DNA of 35,615 nt from Hyphomicrobiales bacterium (GCA_011087745.1 JAALLB010000001.1:1-35615), one strand, 5' to 3'. Shown: positions 20,001 to 30,262, counted from the stretch's first letter. Made by a program: numbers and translations. Notes: generated by a model not told the origin, from the letters alone.

Positions 20001-20482
20001 GTTCTGGCCTGTGCCAATATATTGGATTGTTCAATTTCCTGCAGCGCCTCAAAGTGTCTGGGCACATTTGCTTCTAGTGGAAATTGATGTAGCAGCGATT
20101 CACAAAATGCATGGATCGTTTGAATTTTCAATCCACCGGGCGTGTCCAGAGCCAATGCAAAAAGTTGGCGCGCTCTTTTTCTGATTGAGGGAGTTGGACG
20201 CTCGTTTGATGTATTATGGATTTCATTATCCAGACGTGCATCATCCATCATTGTCCAATCAGCAAGGGTGCTAAACACGCGATTTTTCATGTTGGCAGCC
20301 GCAGCTTTTGTAAACGTCAGACACAAAATTTTGTCAGGTGGGTTACCTGCTAACATCAAGCGAATAACCCGCTGGGTTAGAACATGTGTTTTACCAGAAC
20401 CCGCATTTGCAGAAACCCAGGCGGAGTTTTCTGGGTTGGATGATGCATATTGTTGTTCGAGTGTGGAAGGAGGAATGTTCAT
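17003..20482 (-). CDS. addA: Double-strand break repair helicase-nuclease AddA
   Basis: The 1159-aa ORF has a UvrD-type Walker A (ANAGSGKTHVL), LLVDEAQDTSP and a C-terminal PD-(D/E)xK nuclease motif (GQIDRL...LDYKT). It overlaps addB by 4 nt. Confidence 0.93.
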   Translation of the reverse strand: MNIPPSTLEQQYASSNPENSAWVSANAGSGKTHVLTQRVIRLMLAGNPPDKILCLTFTKAAAANMKNRVFSTLADWTMMDDARLDNEIHNTSNERPTPSIRKRARQLFALALDTPGGLKIQTIHAFCESLLHQFPLEANVPRHFEALQEIEQSNILAQARTLALSGEDSEAAHHYAALIPFATDATIENGLNAIIAMRQDFQNWTKGDVKTALQSLYEKLGVTEGDQVEDIQNRAITDILANCRGISAITTQAAGSDKQTDLNLANALQVLAENNQPELTFEIIRKAVLTAKNETKSEKTIATKFVKDAIPNVVETLFEIADHVLGALEKISALQLLKNSRHLFKIGEAVLKHYENMKRQRGVIDFDDQIEKCANLLTRAEIKDWIRYRLDRGIDHLLVDEAQDTSPKQWEIINAITEDFHSGDTAANINRTVFVVGDEKQSIFSFQGAEPSEFDRQKNRLQKRVLTADKSFHAGQLEFSFRSTQDVLHAIDKVFSHSENLNGLTQSGEKPIHDAVRSNHPGQVQVWPVFVQEKVEQTDSWLDAIDKKPADDPAVLLANKIADSIKDWVGQTLPGMEVPLKFGDILVLVRKRDRFLTAFTRTMKDKGLAIAGADRLTLTDHVAIEDLRAIGRVALLPEDDLSLACVLKGVFFNIDEDTLFEFAHGRGDMSLYDQIVAISQIETHPKSNIASLIIERLEKIFEVGRTSSVFDFYANLLGKMEGRKKILNRLGLEAEDVLDSFLDEALNFTNDRSGGLETFITELTKAEPVIKREVELERDEVRILTVHSSKGLEARVVFLVDHCGAAWTEKHRPEILEIDNDQNKNGYLWLTSKEQHVEAIRSSTALIGEAAEAEYRRLLYVGMTRAADRLVVCGYRGTREPNHPYWHQMVENSLVETATKIKNDAGELTALHWISKAQPAVSAKPSDQKLPLATDLKSIPEWLNKPARADAPLPRPLTPSGAFALIDRDSLTNETLKFGATAETNSFAIQRGNATHKLFEVLPDILPENRLPLATDYLDKTCSNLSPDQRAEILNNIFGILSDDHFKGLFEGEARAEVSLAGRLDVKSGSMLVTGQIDRLIISDDRVTILDYKTNRSVPNSIADTPDEYITQLALYRDLVARIYKTKEIISALLWTQTPELMVIPDESLNRALDAIKNS

Positions 20483-23400
20483 GAAACATCTCCTTCATCA
20501 TCACCAAATGACCATTCACGGGTTCTGGCAAGATGGTCATAATCTCCGGAAATATCGCCATCTTTAAAAGGTGCGCGTCTGGATAAATATCCCTGCTCCA
20601 AATACTGATAACCTTTAATCAGCTTAACTAGTTCGGCTTCGGCATTATTGATGATGTCATCAAGGGTATAGTCTTTATTTGCAATCGATTGGGCTTTAAA
20701 TTCAGAACTGCGGCGCAGTCGCATGTAGGTCAAGTCCTCGATACCAACAGAGGTATCGATTTTGAAACCAGCATTCCTAGCAATCAGTCCTTCCAGAGCC
20801 AGTTGAGGTGAAAGCGTTTGGGCTTGTTTAATCGAGGGCCCAAGACCTGTTTTATAGTCAATGATATGAAGTGCCTGATCATCTGTCACATCAATGCGGT
20901 CAGCACGGGCGCGCAGATGAAAACTATCATTAACAAGTTTGATAGACCCTTCAATTTCACAAAGGGTTTCAGAAATTTTTTGCTTGAGATGGTATTTATC
21001 TTCCCACGCAATGTAAGCTTCGGCAATTTCTTGGAATCTCAATTGCCAGATATTTGAAATATCAACCGGTAAATTCTGTGCTTCAATATGTTCATTGGAA
21101 AGTGCTTTTAAATATTCCAGCCGTTCTGTTGGTGTCTTTGATGCGCTGACACCTTCAACATAGTCTTGCATAATAGCGTGATAGAGCGTCCCTTTTAACA
21201 TCGGGTCAGGATCCCGTTCCAATGGCTCAAGTGGCGTAAGCTTCAAAATACGTTTTGCATAAAGTGCATAGGGGTCTCGTATCCAGGTCTCAATATCCGT
21301 AACAGCCAGCGAAGATGGGCGTGACGCAACCGGCGGTTTTGGATTGGGTCTGTCAACACGTTTGCTTTCAAGGCTGCTCTTATCCAAAAAGTCTGCATAA
21401 TAAAGAAATTGATCACCTCTTTTACGCAGGGAATTAGCTTGTTCCTTGCCAATCAACGCTGTTAGTCGTTGGACCCAACGCGACGAAACGGTCGGTGATT
21501 TATCAACACGAGAAGAACGCGAAAGGAAGACTTCTTTTTTACCCATCAGTTGTTGAAAGTCGTGGGCAGAAAGGCCGGTTCTGCGTTCTGGAGAAGACAT
21601 GCCTAATTCCTGTCGCATCAAACGATTTAAAAATGCATCGTTGCGAGTAGTTTGTGGCCATGTTCCTTCATTTAAACCCGCAAGAATTACGCGGTCATGT
21701 TCGAGCAGACGTACTTCGAGCGGACCATAAATATGTAGTCTTGGGTGTGTATTACCCCGCGGTTTTGTAACAACGCTCTTCAAGATTGCATCAAAGGCAG
21801 ATGGAAAATCACTCGGTATCAGTTGGAAGAATTGATTATCCATTGAAAGTATATCTTCAAAAAGACGTTTAAGTTCTATGGCACCTTCACCGCCGAGAAT
21901 ACTTGAAGTGCCTTCCTGATCAACTGAAAGAGCTTCCGCAGCTCTGGCAACCTCCAAAAAGAATGTTTCAAGTGGGGTTTCATTTTCCAAATGTGCCAAT
22001 GCAAGGAGAGGCTGGAAGACGGTATCAAGGCGCGCTGCATATTCCGCCAAAGTTCCCCATTCCTCTTCGGTGATTGATTTAACTTGTGCTGATACATATT
22101 TAGCTTTGCTTAGTTGAATTTTCCTTCGGTCTACGAAAGCTGCAAACTTACTAGGAATGGCTCTATCAATCACACCTCGCAAGGCAACCAACTCGAAAAT
22201 TCGCGCAAGATTTTGCGCTTCTTTTTCATCATAGCCGACTAACGAAAGAGGATGCTTGAGCAAGGCGGTGAGAGCCGAATTTTGAAATGGCAAGAAACAG
22301 ATTTGTGAAATTTGCCTGATGAAAAGCGCTGCCTCTGAATTCTTAAGTGGCGAACCACCTGAATCATCGACGATAATGTTATAGCGTTGCAGTTCTGATG
22401 AAACGCGTCTGGCAAGATTCCGATCTGGCGTTACCAAGGCCGCAGTTTTGTGCGGGTCCGTTAAAACTTCTCGCATTGCAATTGCAATTGCCAGTGCTTC
22501 CTGTCTTTCATTCCCTGCTTCAATCAGTGATACCTTTGAAAGTGCCTCATTTATTTTTTCAGGCATAAAATTACCGCTGTCCGACAGCCAGTTCGACGTA
22601 AATGCAGAAGGCGCCAATGCAAGCCCCAATAATTCTTGGCAATATGATCCCAGTTCAGTTTTTTTACCCAGCTCTGTTACATTTTCACGATCAACGTTTA
22701 GGCTATCAAGCAGTTGGGCGAGACCAAATTGCGGATGGGTTTCCAGAGTTGCTTGCTCAACGCCCTTTGTTTCTGCTAACGCTTTCCACTCAATATCCGA
22801 AATGGATTTATCAAGATCTGGTAATACAACAGCGCCATTTTCAAGATTGGCAACCGCCTGTAATAACCGCCGGGTTGAAGCTACAGATCCAGTTGATCCT
22901 GCAACAATAACAGGCCCCTTGTTTTTCTTCGATAAGTAAAACTCGGTCCGCAGGTTCAATAATTTTGCAGCCCGCTCTGCAGGATCAAGCAAGCCTTTGG
23001 ATCGTAAATGCTCTGGCCAGATTTCCATAATGATGTTCAGGAAGGTTGTTGTAAGTTTCCACCATTCTGCATGATTGTCAGGGACAATATTGCGAACCGC
23101 AGACCAATCAATTTCTTCCTGCGTAATTTGGCTCAGTAAGATGCTCAAATCTTGTGCTAGTAAAATTGCATCTGCGCGTGAGGATGGAATAATGATGTCT
23201 TCATCTTTATAAATGCGTCTGGTTTCATCCTCCATGGCATCAACCCAATGCTGTACAAGAATCGCAAGTTGTAGCGTTCTCTCCAAAGGTTTGATCTCTT
23301 CACCGGGCTGCCCAAAGTGACTGGCATCCGCCGCAATGCCAAAATCCTCATCTCCAACATCACCAAGGGTTTTGATATCGGGAAGTAAGAGCGCTTCTTC

Positions 23401-23634
23401 TTCATAAACACTCATAAAAGCAGTTGAGAGCGCTCTGGCCGCACGTCTGTTGGGTACAAATATTGTTGCCGATGAAAGTAGCAATGGGCTTTCACGCGGA
23501 CGAAACCCTTTGATCAGTTCTCCGTCTAGAAGGCCTTGAACCAACACCTGTAGAAAGTCACATTCTGCAGGAATCGAATAGATGTTCGATAGTAGAGTTT
23601 TGCTTTTATTTGAACCGTCTGAAATTTCTGGCAC
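20479..23634 (-). CDS. addB: Double-strand break repair protein AddB (alphaproteobacterial type)
   Basis: The 1051-aa ORF has a C-terminal RecB-like nuclease motif (RADRIDV...IIDYKTG) and lies immediately upstream of, and coupled to, addA. Confidence 0.88.
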   Translation of the reverse strand: MPEISDGSNKSKTLLSNIYSIPAECDFLQVLVQGLLDGELIKGFRPRESPLLLSSATIFVPNRRAARALSTAFMSVYEEEALLLPDIKTLGDVGDEDFGIAADASHFGQPGEEIKPLERTLQLAILVQHWVDAMEDETRRIYKDEDIIIPSSRADAILLAQDLSILLSQITQEEIDWSAVRNIVPDNHAEWWKLTTTFLNIIMEIWPEHLRSKGLLDPAERAAKLLNLRTEFYLSKKNKGPVIVAGSTGSVASTRRLLQAVANLENGAVVLPDLDKSISDIEWKALAETKGVEQATLETHPQFGLAQLLDSLNVDRENVTELGKKTELGSYCQELLGLALAPSAFTSNWLSDSGNFMPEKINEALSKVSLIEAGNERQEALAIAIAMREVLTDPHKTAALVTPDRNLARRVSSELQRYNIIVDDSGGSPLKNSEAALFIRQISQICFLPFQNSALTALLKHPLSLVGYDEKEAQNLARIFELVALRGVIDRAIPSKFAAFVDRRKIQLSKAKYVSAQVKSITEEEWGTLAEYAARLDTVFQPLLALAHLENETPLETFFLEVARAAEALSVDQEGTSSILGGEGAIELKRLFEDILSMDNQFFQLIPSDFPSAFDAILKSVVTKPRGNTHPRLHIYGPLEVRLLEHDRVILAGLNEGTWPQTTRNDAFLNRLMRQELGMSSPERRTGLSAHDFQQLMGKKEVFLSRSSRVDKSPTVSSRWVQRLTALIGKEQANSLRKRGDQFLYYADFLDKSSLESKRVDRPNPKPPVASRPSSLAVTDIETWIRDPYALYAKRILKLTPLEPLERDPDPMLKGTLYHAIMQDYVEGVSASKTPTERLEYLKALSNEHIEAQNLPVDISNIWQLRFQEIAEAYIAWEDKYHLKQKISETLCEIEGSIKLVNDSFHLRARADRIDVTDDQALHIIDYKTGLGPSIKQAQTLSPQLALEGLIARNAGFKIDTSVGIEDLTYMRLRRSSEFKAQSIANKDYTLDDIINNAEAELVKLIKGYQYLEQGYLSRRAPFKDGDISGDYDHLARTREWSFGDDEGDVS

Positions 23635-23665
23635 TCCGATTAAAGTGCCCGTCGCCTATAATGGA

Positions 23666-24442
23666 TTAAGCGGCACTTCTTGCAATTGCGTCTTCCGCTT
23701 CATGTATAGCATCGGGTGTTCCAACGTGCAACCAAAGACCTTCAAGACGTAGCCCGAATAACCGTTCTTGTTCAAGAGCTGCATCAAACTGTTTGTTCAA
23801 TGAAAAGGCGCCATTGGGAGCATCATTAAATACAATTGGATTAATGATGGCAGCTCCCGCATATGCGAAAGGTGCAATTTTCTTTTCACCGCGACGCTGA
23901 AGACGTCCGGTAGGGTCCATAATAAAATCACCTTTCGAGCCAAACCCGACAGCATTTGCCATGCCAGCCAACAACAGCATCATATCCATCTGGTCAGGAT
24001 TCCAAACTTCAGCCATTCTACTCAGGTTTGGACGATACCCTTCAACCCAAAATGAATCTGCATTAATGAGGAAAAATGGGTCTTCGCCCAATAGGGGTAA
24101 GGCATTTGCGATACCCCCGCCAGAATCCAGTAACTCATCTCGTTCATCCGAAATTGTGATGTGCAAGTCCCGCCGATTGGCAACGTAATTTTCAATTTGG
24201 TCAGCATGGTAATGAACATTGATAACGGCCTCTTCAATTCCAGAACGCACGAGCGCATCCAACCCATGATCAAGAAGCGTTTTGCCATAAACTTCAACAA
24301 GAGGTTTGGGAATCTTATCGGTAATGGGCCGCATTCTTTTGCCAAGTCCGGCAGCCAGAACCATTGCTTTCTTGGGTCCCAATCTGTGCGGTATATGCGC
24401 AACTATATTGGTTTTATGCATTTCAGCTCCTGTGCCGGTCAT
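23666..24442 (-). CDS. murU: Sugar-1-phosphate nucleotidyltransferase, MurU-like (N-acetylmuramate 1-phosphate uridylyltransferase). The true start may be the internal Met (MVLAAG...).
   Basis: It has the MVLAAGLGKRMRPITDKIPKPLV nucleotidyltransferase signature and lies next to an AmgK-like kinase, as in the known AmgK-MurU recycling pair. Confidence 0.7.
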   Translation of the reverse strand: MTGTGAEMHKTNIVAHIPHRLGPKKAMVLAAGLGKRMRPITDKIPKPLVEVYGKTLLDHGLDALVRSGIEEAVINVHYHADQIENYVANRRDLHITISDERDELLDSGGGIANALPLLGEDPFFLINADSFWVEGYRPNLSRMAEVWNPDQMDMMLLLAGMANAVGFGSKGDFIMDPTGRLQRRGEKKIAPFAYAGAAIINPIVFNDAPNGAFSLNKQFDAALEQERLFGLRLEGLWLHVGTPDAIHEAEDAIARSAA

Positions 24443-24498
24443 CCGTGTTCTCCGGCTTTTGATCTGTTTTTCCTACGCCACTTGATGCTTGTTTCTTG

Positions 24499-25992
24499 TT
24501 ACTGTTTTATGACACTTTCCAGCCAGTTTTTGTAAGCATAAAGAGCTGGATGCTTCAGGCTGCGTTGTAAATATTCTTGAACACGTGGCAAATGTTTTAA
24601 ATATCCTGGCTTCCCGTCCCGTTCATTCAAACGAATGAAAATACCAAGTATTTTAGTTGCTCTTTGTGCAGCCATGATTGCATAACTCTCACGAAACTCT
24701 GCCGTATTGAATTTAGTATTTTTTGCTTTTCTACATGCGATATAGTGATTTACCAGCTGCGTTTCCAGTTCACTGCTCACATCAACTCGGGCATCTTGCG
24801 CAAGTGAGGCAACATCGTATGCGATGGGGCCGAGTACTGCATCTTGAAAATCAATTACACCAATACGCTCGGTTCCAACTTTGTTTTCTCTCCATAAAAT
24901 ATTGGGAGAATGGTAATCGCGCATTACAAGCGTTTGTTCATGAGTTTGAATGGTTCGAGCGTAGTTGCACCAAATAGCTTCGAATTTTTCAATATCTGCG
25001 GTGTCAATTTTACCACCTGAAAGTGATGGCGCATACCATTGCAGCAACAAATCCACCTCAATTAGAATTGCTTGCTCATCATAAGTGGGAATAGTGTATG
25101 TCTCACCTGAGCTGAGTTTGGACTCAGCCTGAAACTTGCACTGATGAAACTCAGCCAGGAATTCAATTGCTGCCATATAACGTTCCGCAATAGGCACTCT
25201 TTGGCTATCTATGATCCCTTCACTACCAAAATGCTCAATCAATAAGAGGCCGCCATCCAAGTCTTGAGCTTTTATTTCCGGGGCACAAAATTGTTCTGAA
25301 CGGATTAACTCATCGATCGCGACAAAGGCCTTTACATCTTCTGCAAGGTGAGCAATTTTGCTATAGGGCTTGCCATCTTTAATTGGCGGGCCGTCTGGGA
25401 GCGCTGGCGCGTTCATTAATAAAAGCTGTTCACTTCCGCTTGCAATTAATTCGTAGCTTCGGGCAGATGCATCACCCATCAAGTGACTACGTTTGTAATT
25501 TTTATGGGGTGTTCCGTTTAAGAAGTGCCTGATTTCACAGCTTCGCTTTATACGGTTGAGCAAATTTGAATTACCTGAGAATTTAAACTCTCTTATGGGT
25601 TCATCCAGGTCCGAAATCTCGATATGAACAGCCTCAGTGGGAATTTCATCAAAACACCGCTCCGGCCATTCCATAATGACACAGCCAGCTTCAAGGGCAT
25701 CTTCCCAACCCAACTCTTCAAGTTCATCCATGCTGGAGAGACGATACAGATCAAAATGGGCAATTGCTGGCAAAGTCTCGTAGCTCTGGCACAGTGTATA
25801 AGTTGGGCTGGGCACCTCAAAATTTTCATCATCGGCTAAATGCCTAATAATACCGCGGGCAAGTACACTTTTCCCAACACCGAGGTTTCCTGACAGGCAA
25901 AGGAAATCACCTTCCCTTAGAACCATGGCAATGTCACTGCCAAGCTTGGTGCTCTCTTCTTCGCTGGCGCTTATAAATACCAATGGATCCAT
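24499..25992 (-). CDS. Fusion protein: N-terminal TsaE (t6A ATPase) plus a C-terminal aminoglycoside-phosphotransferase-fold kinase (AmgK-like anomeric MurNAc/GlcNAc kinase)
   Basis: The N-terminal ~150 aa contain the TsaE P-loop (LSGNLGVGKSVLARGI) and SPTYTL...HFDLYRL. The C-terminal ~340 aa contain kinase-fold motifs (RDYHSPNILW and VIDFQDA). Confidence 0.8.
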   Translation of the reverse strand: MDPLVFISASEEESTKLGSDIAMVLREGDFLCLSGNLGVGKSVLARGIIRHLADDENFEVPSPTYTLCQSYETLPAIAHFDLYRLSSMDELEELGWEDALEAGCVIMEWPERCFDEIPTEAVHIEISDLDEPIREFKFSGNSNLLNRIKRSCEIRHFLNGTPHKNYKRSHLMGDASARSYELIASGSEQLLLMNAPALPDGPPIKDGKPYSKIAHLAEDVKAFVAIDELIRSEQFCAPEIKAQDLDGGLLLIEHFGSEGIIDSQRVPIAERYMAAIEFLAEFHQCKFQAESKLSSGETYTIPTYDEQAILIEVDLLLQWYAPSLSGGKIDTADIEKFEAIWCNYARTIQTHEQTLVMRDYHSPNILWRENKVGTERIGVIDFQDAVLGPIAYDVASLAQDARVDVSSELETQLVNHYIACRKAKNTKFNTAEFRESYAIMAAQRATKILGIFIRLNERDGKPGYLKHLPRVQEYLQRSLKHPALYAYKNWLESVIKQ

Positions 25993-25996
25993 GGCG

Positions 25997-28567
25997 TTAG
26001 GCAGCAGCTGTTATTGCACTGTCCCGGCTATAGGGAACTTGTTTGATTTCAGGTTTGATTGGAATTCGGCAAATAAAGCAGGAACCAGTTGGTTCAACAT
26101 TTTCGACACTAATTGTACCGCTGTGCATCTCAATAAACCCGCGAGCTATGGACAGGCCAAGCCCTGTGCCTTTTCTAGCACCATCATGTGGTTGCGTTTC
26201 AAATCGGTCGAAGATCGTTTCACGCTGTTCTTCTGCAACTCCAGGGCCCTGGTCAATCACTCTGATTTCATGGAAGTCGCCTTGGCATTCAGCTGAGATG
26301 GTAATAGTTCCACCATCTGGTGAGAAGTTTGCGGCATTGGAAATCAAATTGTTCAAAACCTGAACAATTCTTGCCTTATCTGCAATGATGTTGGCGCTCT
26401 CTTCGGATATGGCAAAAGATTTCTTAAGGCCTTTTTCATTCAATATTGGAATGAAAGATGAAAATAGGTCTTCCAGCATTTCTGGAAGATTAACGTCCCC
26501 AAATTCCAAAGTCATTGAGCCTGCATCTATTGACGCCAGATCAAGAATATCATCAACCATGGCTCGTAATTCATCGGCTGAACTATTGATGTGAGACAGG
26601 TACTCAACCTGCTTTTCATTCAGCTGTCCTATTTCAGGGGTCGTCAGCATTTCGCCAAATCCGGCAATATTTGTGAGTGGCGCCCGCAGCTCATAGGATA
26701 CATGCTGGATGAATTTACTTTTCAATAAATCGGAAGCTTCCAGTGCCTCTGCCCGTTCGTTAAGCGCTTTCTCGAAGTTCACATTAGCTGTTATGTCAGC
26801 AAACGTCAGCATGGATTGCCCATCAGGTAATGGCACTAATGAGTATTCAAATGTGGATCCGTTTCGAAGTTCAAGCCTGCCATTTAACTCAGAGCGCTCA
26901 TCATCCAAACCGGTAATTTTGCCAAGAATTTTTTGTAGGTCATCAGGGTTGGAGATTGTATCCGTCCAGGATTCTATTATTTTGACAATATGAAGGCCTT
27001 CATCAACGGCAACTCCGGAAGTACTCCAAAGGGTTTCCAGGGCCGGGTTAAACAAACGCAGTTTTCCGTTTGAGCCAAAAACAGCAACCGCTTCATTTAG
27101 GTGGTCAAGTGTCTCACCCTGAACCTGCATCAATGAGTTATAGTTACTTTCCAGTGCCAATCGCTCTGTCACATTTTCAAATATCCAGGTTGATCCACCC
27201 TGGTTTCTAGGATTCATGACAACCCGGATAGTTTGTCCATCCAACAAGTGCCACCACTCTTCCTTGGGCTCGATTGCCTGATATATATCCAGTTGGCCAT
27301 CACGCCATTTACGCCAGTCCGGGTGTTCAGGCAGGAGTTTTCCGTCGCGCATTGCGTCTAATAGTTCTGCATTAGATGGTTGTGTTTCCAGAAATCCTGC
27401 ATCTAACCGCCAAAGTTGACAAAATCCGCTGTTGTGGAATATCAAATTTTGGGATTTATCGAAAATGGCAACAGCGGTTGCCAATTGATCAAGCATCCGC
27501 GAATGACCTTCATTGGTATCTTTTAGAGTGCGGCGAATATCATCAACATCGCTTTTGTCGAGAGCAATACCAGCAAAACCAGCTTCACCTTTGATTGAGA
27601 AAACTTCCAGCTTTTTTCGGTCACCAGCTACAGTAGCCGGTAGTGTGCCTTGGTATAAATCTTGCTCTTCTTGTGTTTTTCGAATTTTTTCGCGTTGCTC
27701 TTGGTCAAATAAATTCCAGTCTGTACCAATTGCTTGTGAAGGTTCTGAAAGCTCAAGAGCATCTGCGTAAGCTTTATTAATCCAAGATAGTTTGCCAGCA
27801 GCATTTCTTAGCCAAATTGGCATTGGTAATTTTTCAAATAAGTGCTCAATTGTTCTAAACTGACCTATCAATTCTTCATGTTCAGCCTTCACCCGAGCGT
27901 ATTCTTCGCGCTCTGATCCAAGCTCCCTGATTCGAACAAATGCATAAGCACCTGAAACACGCCCCTGTGCTTCGAGAATACTGTCGTTTTTAGTTTGTAC
28001 ATTTGTATCGAAGGGTTTTGCATTTGCCCGCAACTCACGCAACAATGGCTCAAATCCATCCGAAGATTCGTCAGTTAGCCAATTGCCAAACGCAAGAAAT
28101 TTCTCGCTGTTTTCTGGTGTGCCCGTTGCAGAAGATAGTTTTCCTAGCAATTTTGGAGTTTCTTCTGTGCCATTCCAGACAACAATACATTGATCCGCTA
28201 CACTTACTAATGCTTCATTTCGATCATTTCTTGCACGAAGTTTTGAAAGACTTTCCTTTAAAAGAGTGTTTTCAGCTGTAATTCTGCTTCGTTCCCGTAT
28301 CAGCCATGATGCAGACATAAGAGCAAAACTCATTGCGCCGCCAAAAACCGCGAGCATCAAAATTTCAGTTGACTGAAAATTTTCGATCAGACGGGTTTTA
28401 AAACTTACCGCCTTATTTTCCTGCGCAACTGCATGGCCAAAAGCCATAGGTAAACTGGCAAGTGCAAAACTTGCTTTCAGTCCCAATGTTTTTATGCGCG
28501 CAACTATTTTGTGTCGCACAAAAGGTTTACGCCTTGCGATATTGCTTGGTTTTAATAAACCCGGCAT
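25997..28567 (-). CDS. Membrane-anchored multi-PAS sensor histidine kinase
   Basis: The 856-aa ORF has two N-terminal hydrophobic segments, an H-box (HVSYELRAPLTNI), an N-box (LNNLISNAANFS), and G-boxes (IDQGPGV and GTGLGLSI). Confidence 0.9.
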   Translation of the reverse strand: MPGLLKPSNIARRKPFVRHKIVARIKTLGLKASFALASLPMAFGHAVAQENKAVSFKTRLIENFQSTEILMLAVFGGAMSFALMSASWLIRERSRITAENTLLKESLSKLRARNDRNEALVSVADQCIVVWNGTEETPKLLGKLSSATGTPENSEKFLAFGNWLTDESSDGFEPLLRELRANAKPFDTNVQTKNDSILEAQGRVSGAYAFVRIRELGSEREEYARVKAEHEELIGQFRTIEHLFEKLPMPIWLRNAAGKLSWINKAYADALELSEPSQAIGTDWNLFDQEQREKIRKTQEEQDLYQGTLPATVAGDRKKLEVFSIKGEAGFAGIALDKSDVDDIRRTLKDTNEGHSRMLDQLATAVAIFDKSQNLIFHNSGFCQLWRLDAGFLETQPSNAELLDAMRDGKLLPEHPDWRKWRDGQLDIYQAIEPKEEWWHLLDGQTIRVVMNPRNQGGSTWIFENVTERLALESNYNSLMQVQGETLDHLNEAVAVFGSNGKLRLFNPALETLWSTSGVAVDEGLHIVKIIESWTDTISNPDDLQKILGKITGLDDERSELNGRLELRNGSTFEYSLVPLPDGQSMLTFADITANVNFEKALNERAEALEASDLLKSKFIQHVSYELRAPLTNIAGFGEMLTTPEIGQLNEKQVEYLSHINSSADELRAMVDDILDLASIDAGSMTLEFGDVNLPEMLEDLFSSFIPILNEKGLKKSFAISEESANIIADKARIVQVLNNLISNAANFSPDGGTITISAECQGDFHEIRVIDQGPGVAEEQRETIFDRFETQPHDGARKGTGLGLSIARGFIEMHSGTISVENVEPTGSCFICRIPIKPEIKQVPYSRDSAITAAA

Positions 28568-28703
28568 GTCCCCGGTCCTCTCGCCGCTCGATTCCCCAGA
28601 CTGCCCTGCTGTTACACTTCCTTTTTCAAATCAACTGATTCGTGGAAGTTTATGATTCTTAACACTTTAAACAATTTACGATTCGCCGTGAACCCTTTTT
28701 TGC

Positions 28704-28737
28704 AAAAAAAGCTACCGCATTTGTCAATGCGATAGCT
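28704..28737 (-). terminator. Rho-independent terminator of ahcY
   Basis: The minus-strand RNA reads AGCUAUCGCAUU-GACA-AAUGCGGUAGCU (12-bp stem with one G.U pair) followed by UUUUUU, about 30 nt after the ahcY stop. Confidence 0.75.
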
Positions 28738-28766
28738 ACTATATGTTGTGGATAATTTATTTAGAA

Positions 28767-30161
28767 TTAATATCTGTAGTGTTCTGGCTTATATGGGCCC
28801 TGAGTTTCAACTCCAATGTAGTCGGCTTGATCTTTGCTTAATTCTGTCAATTTCACGCCAATTTTCTCAAGATGCAAACGCGCTACTTTCTCATCGAGGT
28901 GTTTTGGAAGGATGTAAACTTCGTTTTCATACTCATCTCCTTTGGTCCAAAGTTCAATTTGAGCAAGAACCTGGTTCGTGAATGATGCTGACATAACAAA
29001 AGATGGATGCCCGGTTGCATTACCAAGGTTCAGCAAACGCCCTTGGGAAAGCAGGATCATACGGTTACCCGATGGCATATCATACATGTCGACCTGATCT
29101 TTGATATTTGTCATCTTCATGTTGCGCAAGTTTGCAACCTGAATTTCATTGTCAAAGTGACCAATGTTACCAACAATCGCCATATCCTTCATCTCACGCA
29201 TGTGTTCGATACCGATAATGTCTTTGTTGCCGGTTGTTGTAATGAAGATGTCTGCATCTTTCACAGTATCTTCAAGTGTTGTTACTTCAAACCCATCCAT
29301 TGCTGCTTGAAGTGCGCAAATTGGATCGATTTCAGTAACTTTAACACGAGCACCTGCACCGCGAAGTGAAGCAGCCGAACCCTTGCCGACATCGCCATAA
29401 CCACAAACAACAGCAGTTTTACCAGCCATCATAGTATCAGTTGCGCGGCGAATACCGTCTACAAGAGATTCTTTACAACCATATTTGTTGTCGAATTTTG
29501 ATTTTGTTACGGAGTCATTGACATTGATTGCAGGGAAAGGCAGTTCGCCTTTTTTGTGCAATTCATAAAGTCTGTGAACACCAGTTGTCGTTTCTTCAGA
29601 AACACCCTTGATGTCGTCGCGGGTTTTTGTAAACCAGCCTGGGCTTTCTTTCATGCGTTTTTTGATTTGAGCAAAAATTGCTTCTTCTTCGGATGAAGCG
29701 CCTTCTAGAAGGTTTGTTTCGCCTGCTTCTGCACGCGCACCAAGAAGAATGTATAATGTTGCATCTCCGCCATCATCAAGAATAAGGTTTGCACCTTCCG
29801 GGAACATGAATGATTTATCAAGATAATCCCAATGTTCTTCAAGTGTTTGGCCTTTTATAGCAAATACCGGAATATTAGCTGCTGCAATTGCAGAAGCTGC
29901 GTGATCTTGGGTTGAGTAAATATTACAAGATGCCCAACGGACATCAGCACCTAGTTCAACCAGTGTTTCGATCAAAACAGCTGTTTGAATTGTCATGTGT
30001 AGTGAACCAACAATGCGCGCACCTTTAAGAGGCTTGCTGGCACCAAATTCTTCGCGAAGCGACATCAGGCCCGGCATTTCTGTTTCTGCAATATCAAGTT
30101 CCTTGCGACCAAAATCTGCAAGGGAAATATCTTTCACTACATAATCTGTGAATTCTGACAT
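28767..30161 (-). CDS. ahcY: Adenosylhomocysteinase
   Basis: The 464-aa ORF contains [13 protein letters not shown]...[14 protein letters not shown], the NAD-binding motif GYGDVGKG, and the C-terminal PYKPEHYRY. Confidence 0.97.
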   Translation of the reverse strand: MSEFTDYVVKDISLADFGRKELDIAETEMPGLMSLREEFGASKPLKGARIVGSLHMTIQTAVLIETLVELGADVRWASCNIYSTQDHAASAIAAANIPVFAIKGQTLEEHWDYLDKSFMFPEGANLILDDGGDATLYILLGARAEAGETNLLEGASSEEEAIFAQIKKRMKESPGWFTKTRDDIKGVSEETTTGVHRLYELHKKGELPFPAINVNDSVTKSKFDNKYGCKESLVDGIRRATDTMMAGKTAVVCGYGDVGKGSAASLRGAGARVKVTEIDPICALQAAMDGFEVTTLEDTVKDADIFITTTGNKDIIGIEHMREMKDMAIVGNIGHFDNEIQVANLRNMKMTNIKDQVDMYDMPSGNRMILLSQGRLLNLGNATGHPSFVMSASFTNQVLAQIELWTKGDEYENEVYILPKHLDEKVARLHLEKIGVKLTELSKDQADYIGVETQGPYKPEHYRY

Positions 30162-30240
30162 GGGATTTCCTTTATGGAATATGAAATTTAAGTTCGTATT
30201 TGCGCTGACTTCTATCAGTTAGTTTCAGCTTCCGCAATAT

Positions 30241-30262
30241 CATATAAAGAAATCTTTATATG
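30241..30262. promoter_or_regulatory. Perfect 10+2+10 palindrome (CATATAAAGA-AA-TCTTTATATG), a candidate operator between the NPr gene and ahcY
   Basis: Read directly from the sequence. It lies about 80-100 nt upstream of the ahcY ATG. It is AT-only and has no U-tract, so it is unlikely to be a terminator. Confidence 0.3.

Noticed and set aside
22448-22939. 163-aa and 102-aa plus-strand ORFs inside addB, together with similar long antisense ORFs at 2133..2543 (hpf), 11020..11460 (SDR), 11646..12080 (trpF), 14614..15057 (accD) and 12895..13263 (an alternative frame of trpB)
   Set aside because: All are embedded in genes with strong family motifs in another frame or strand. None has motifs or an RBS that I could see.
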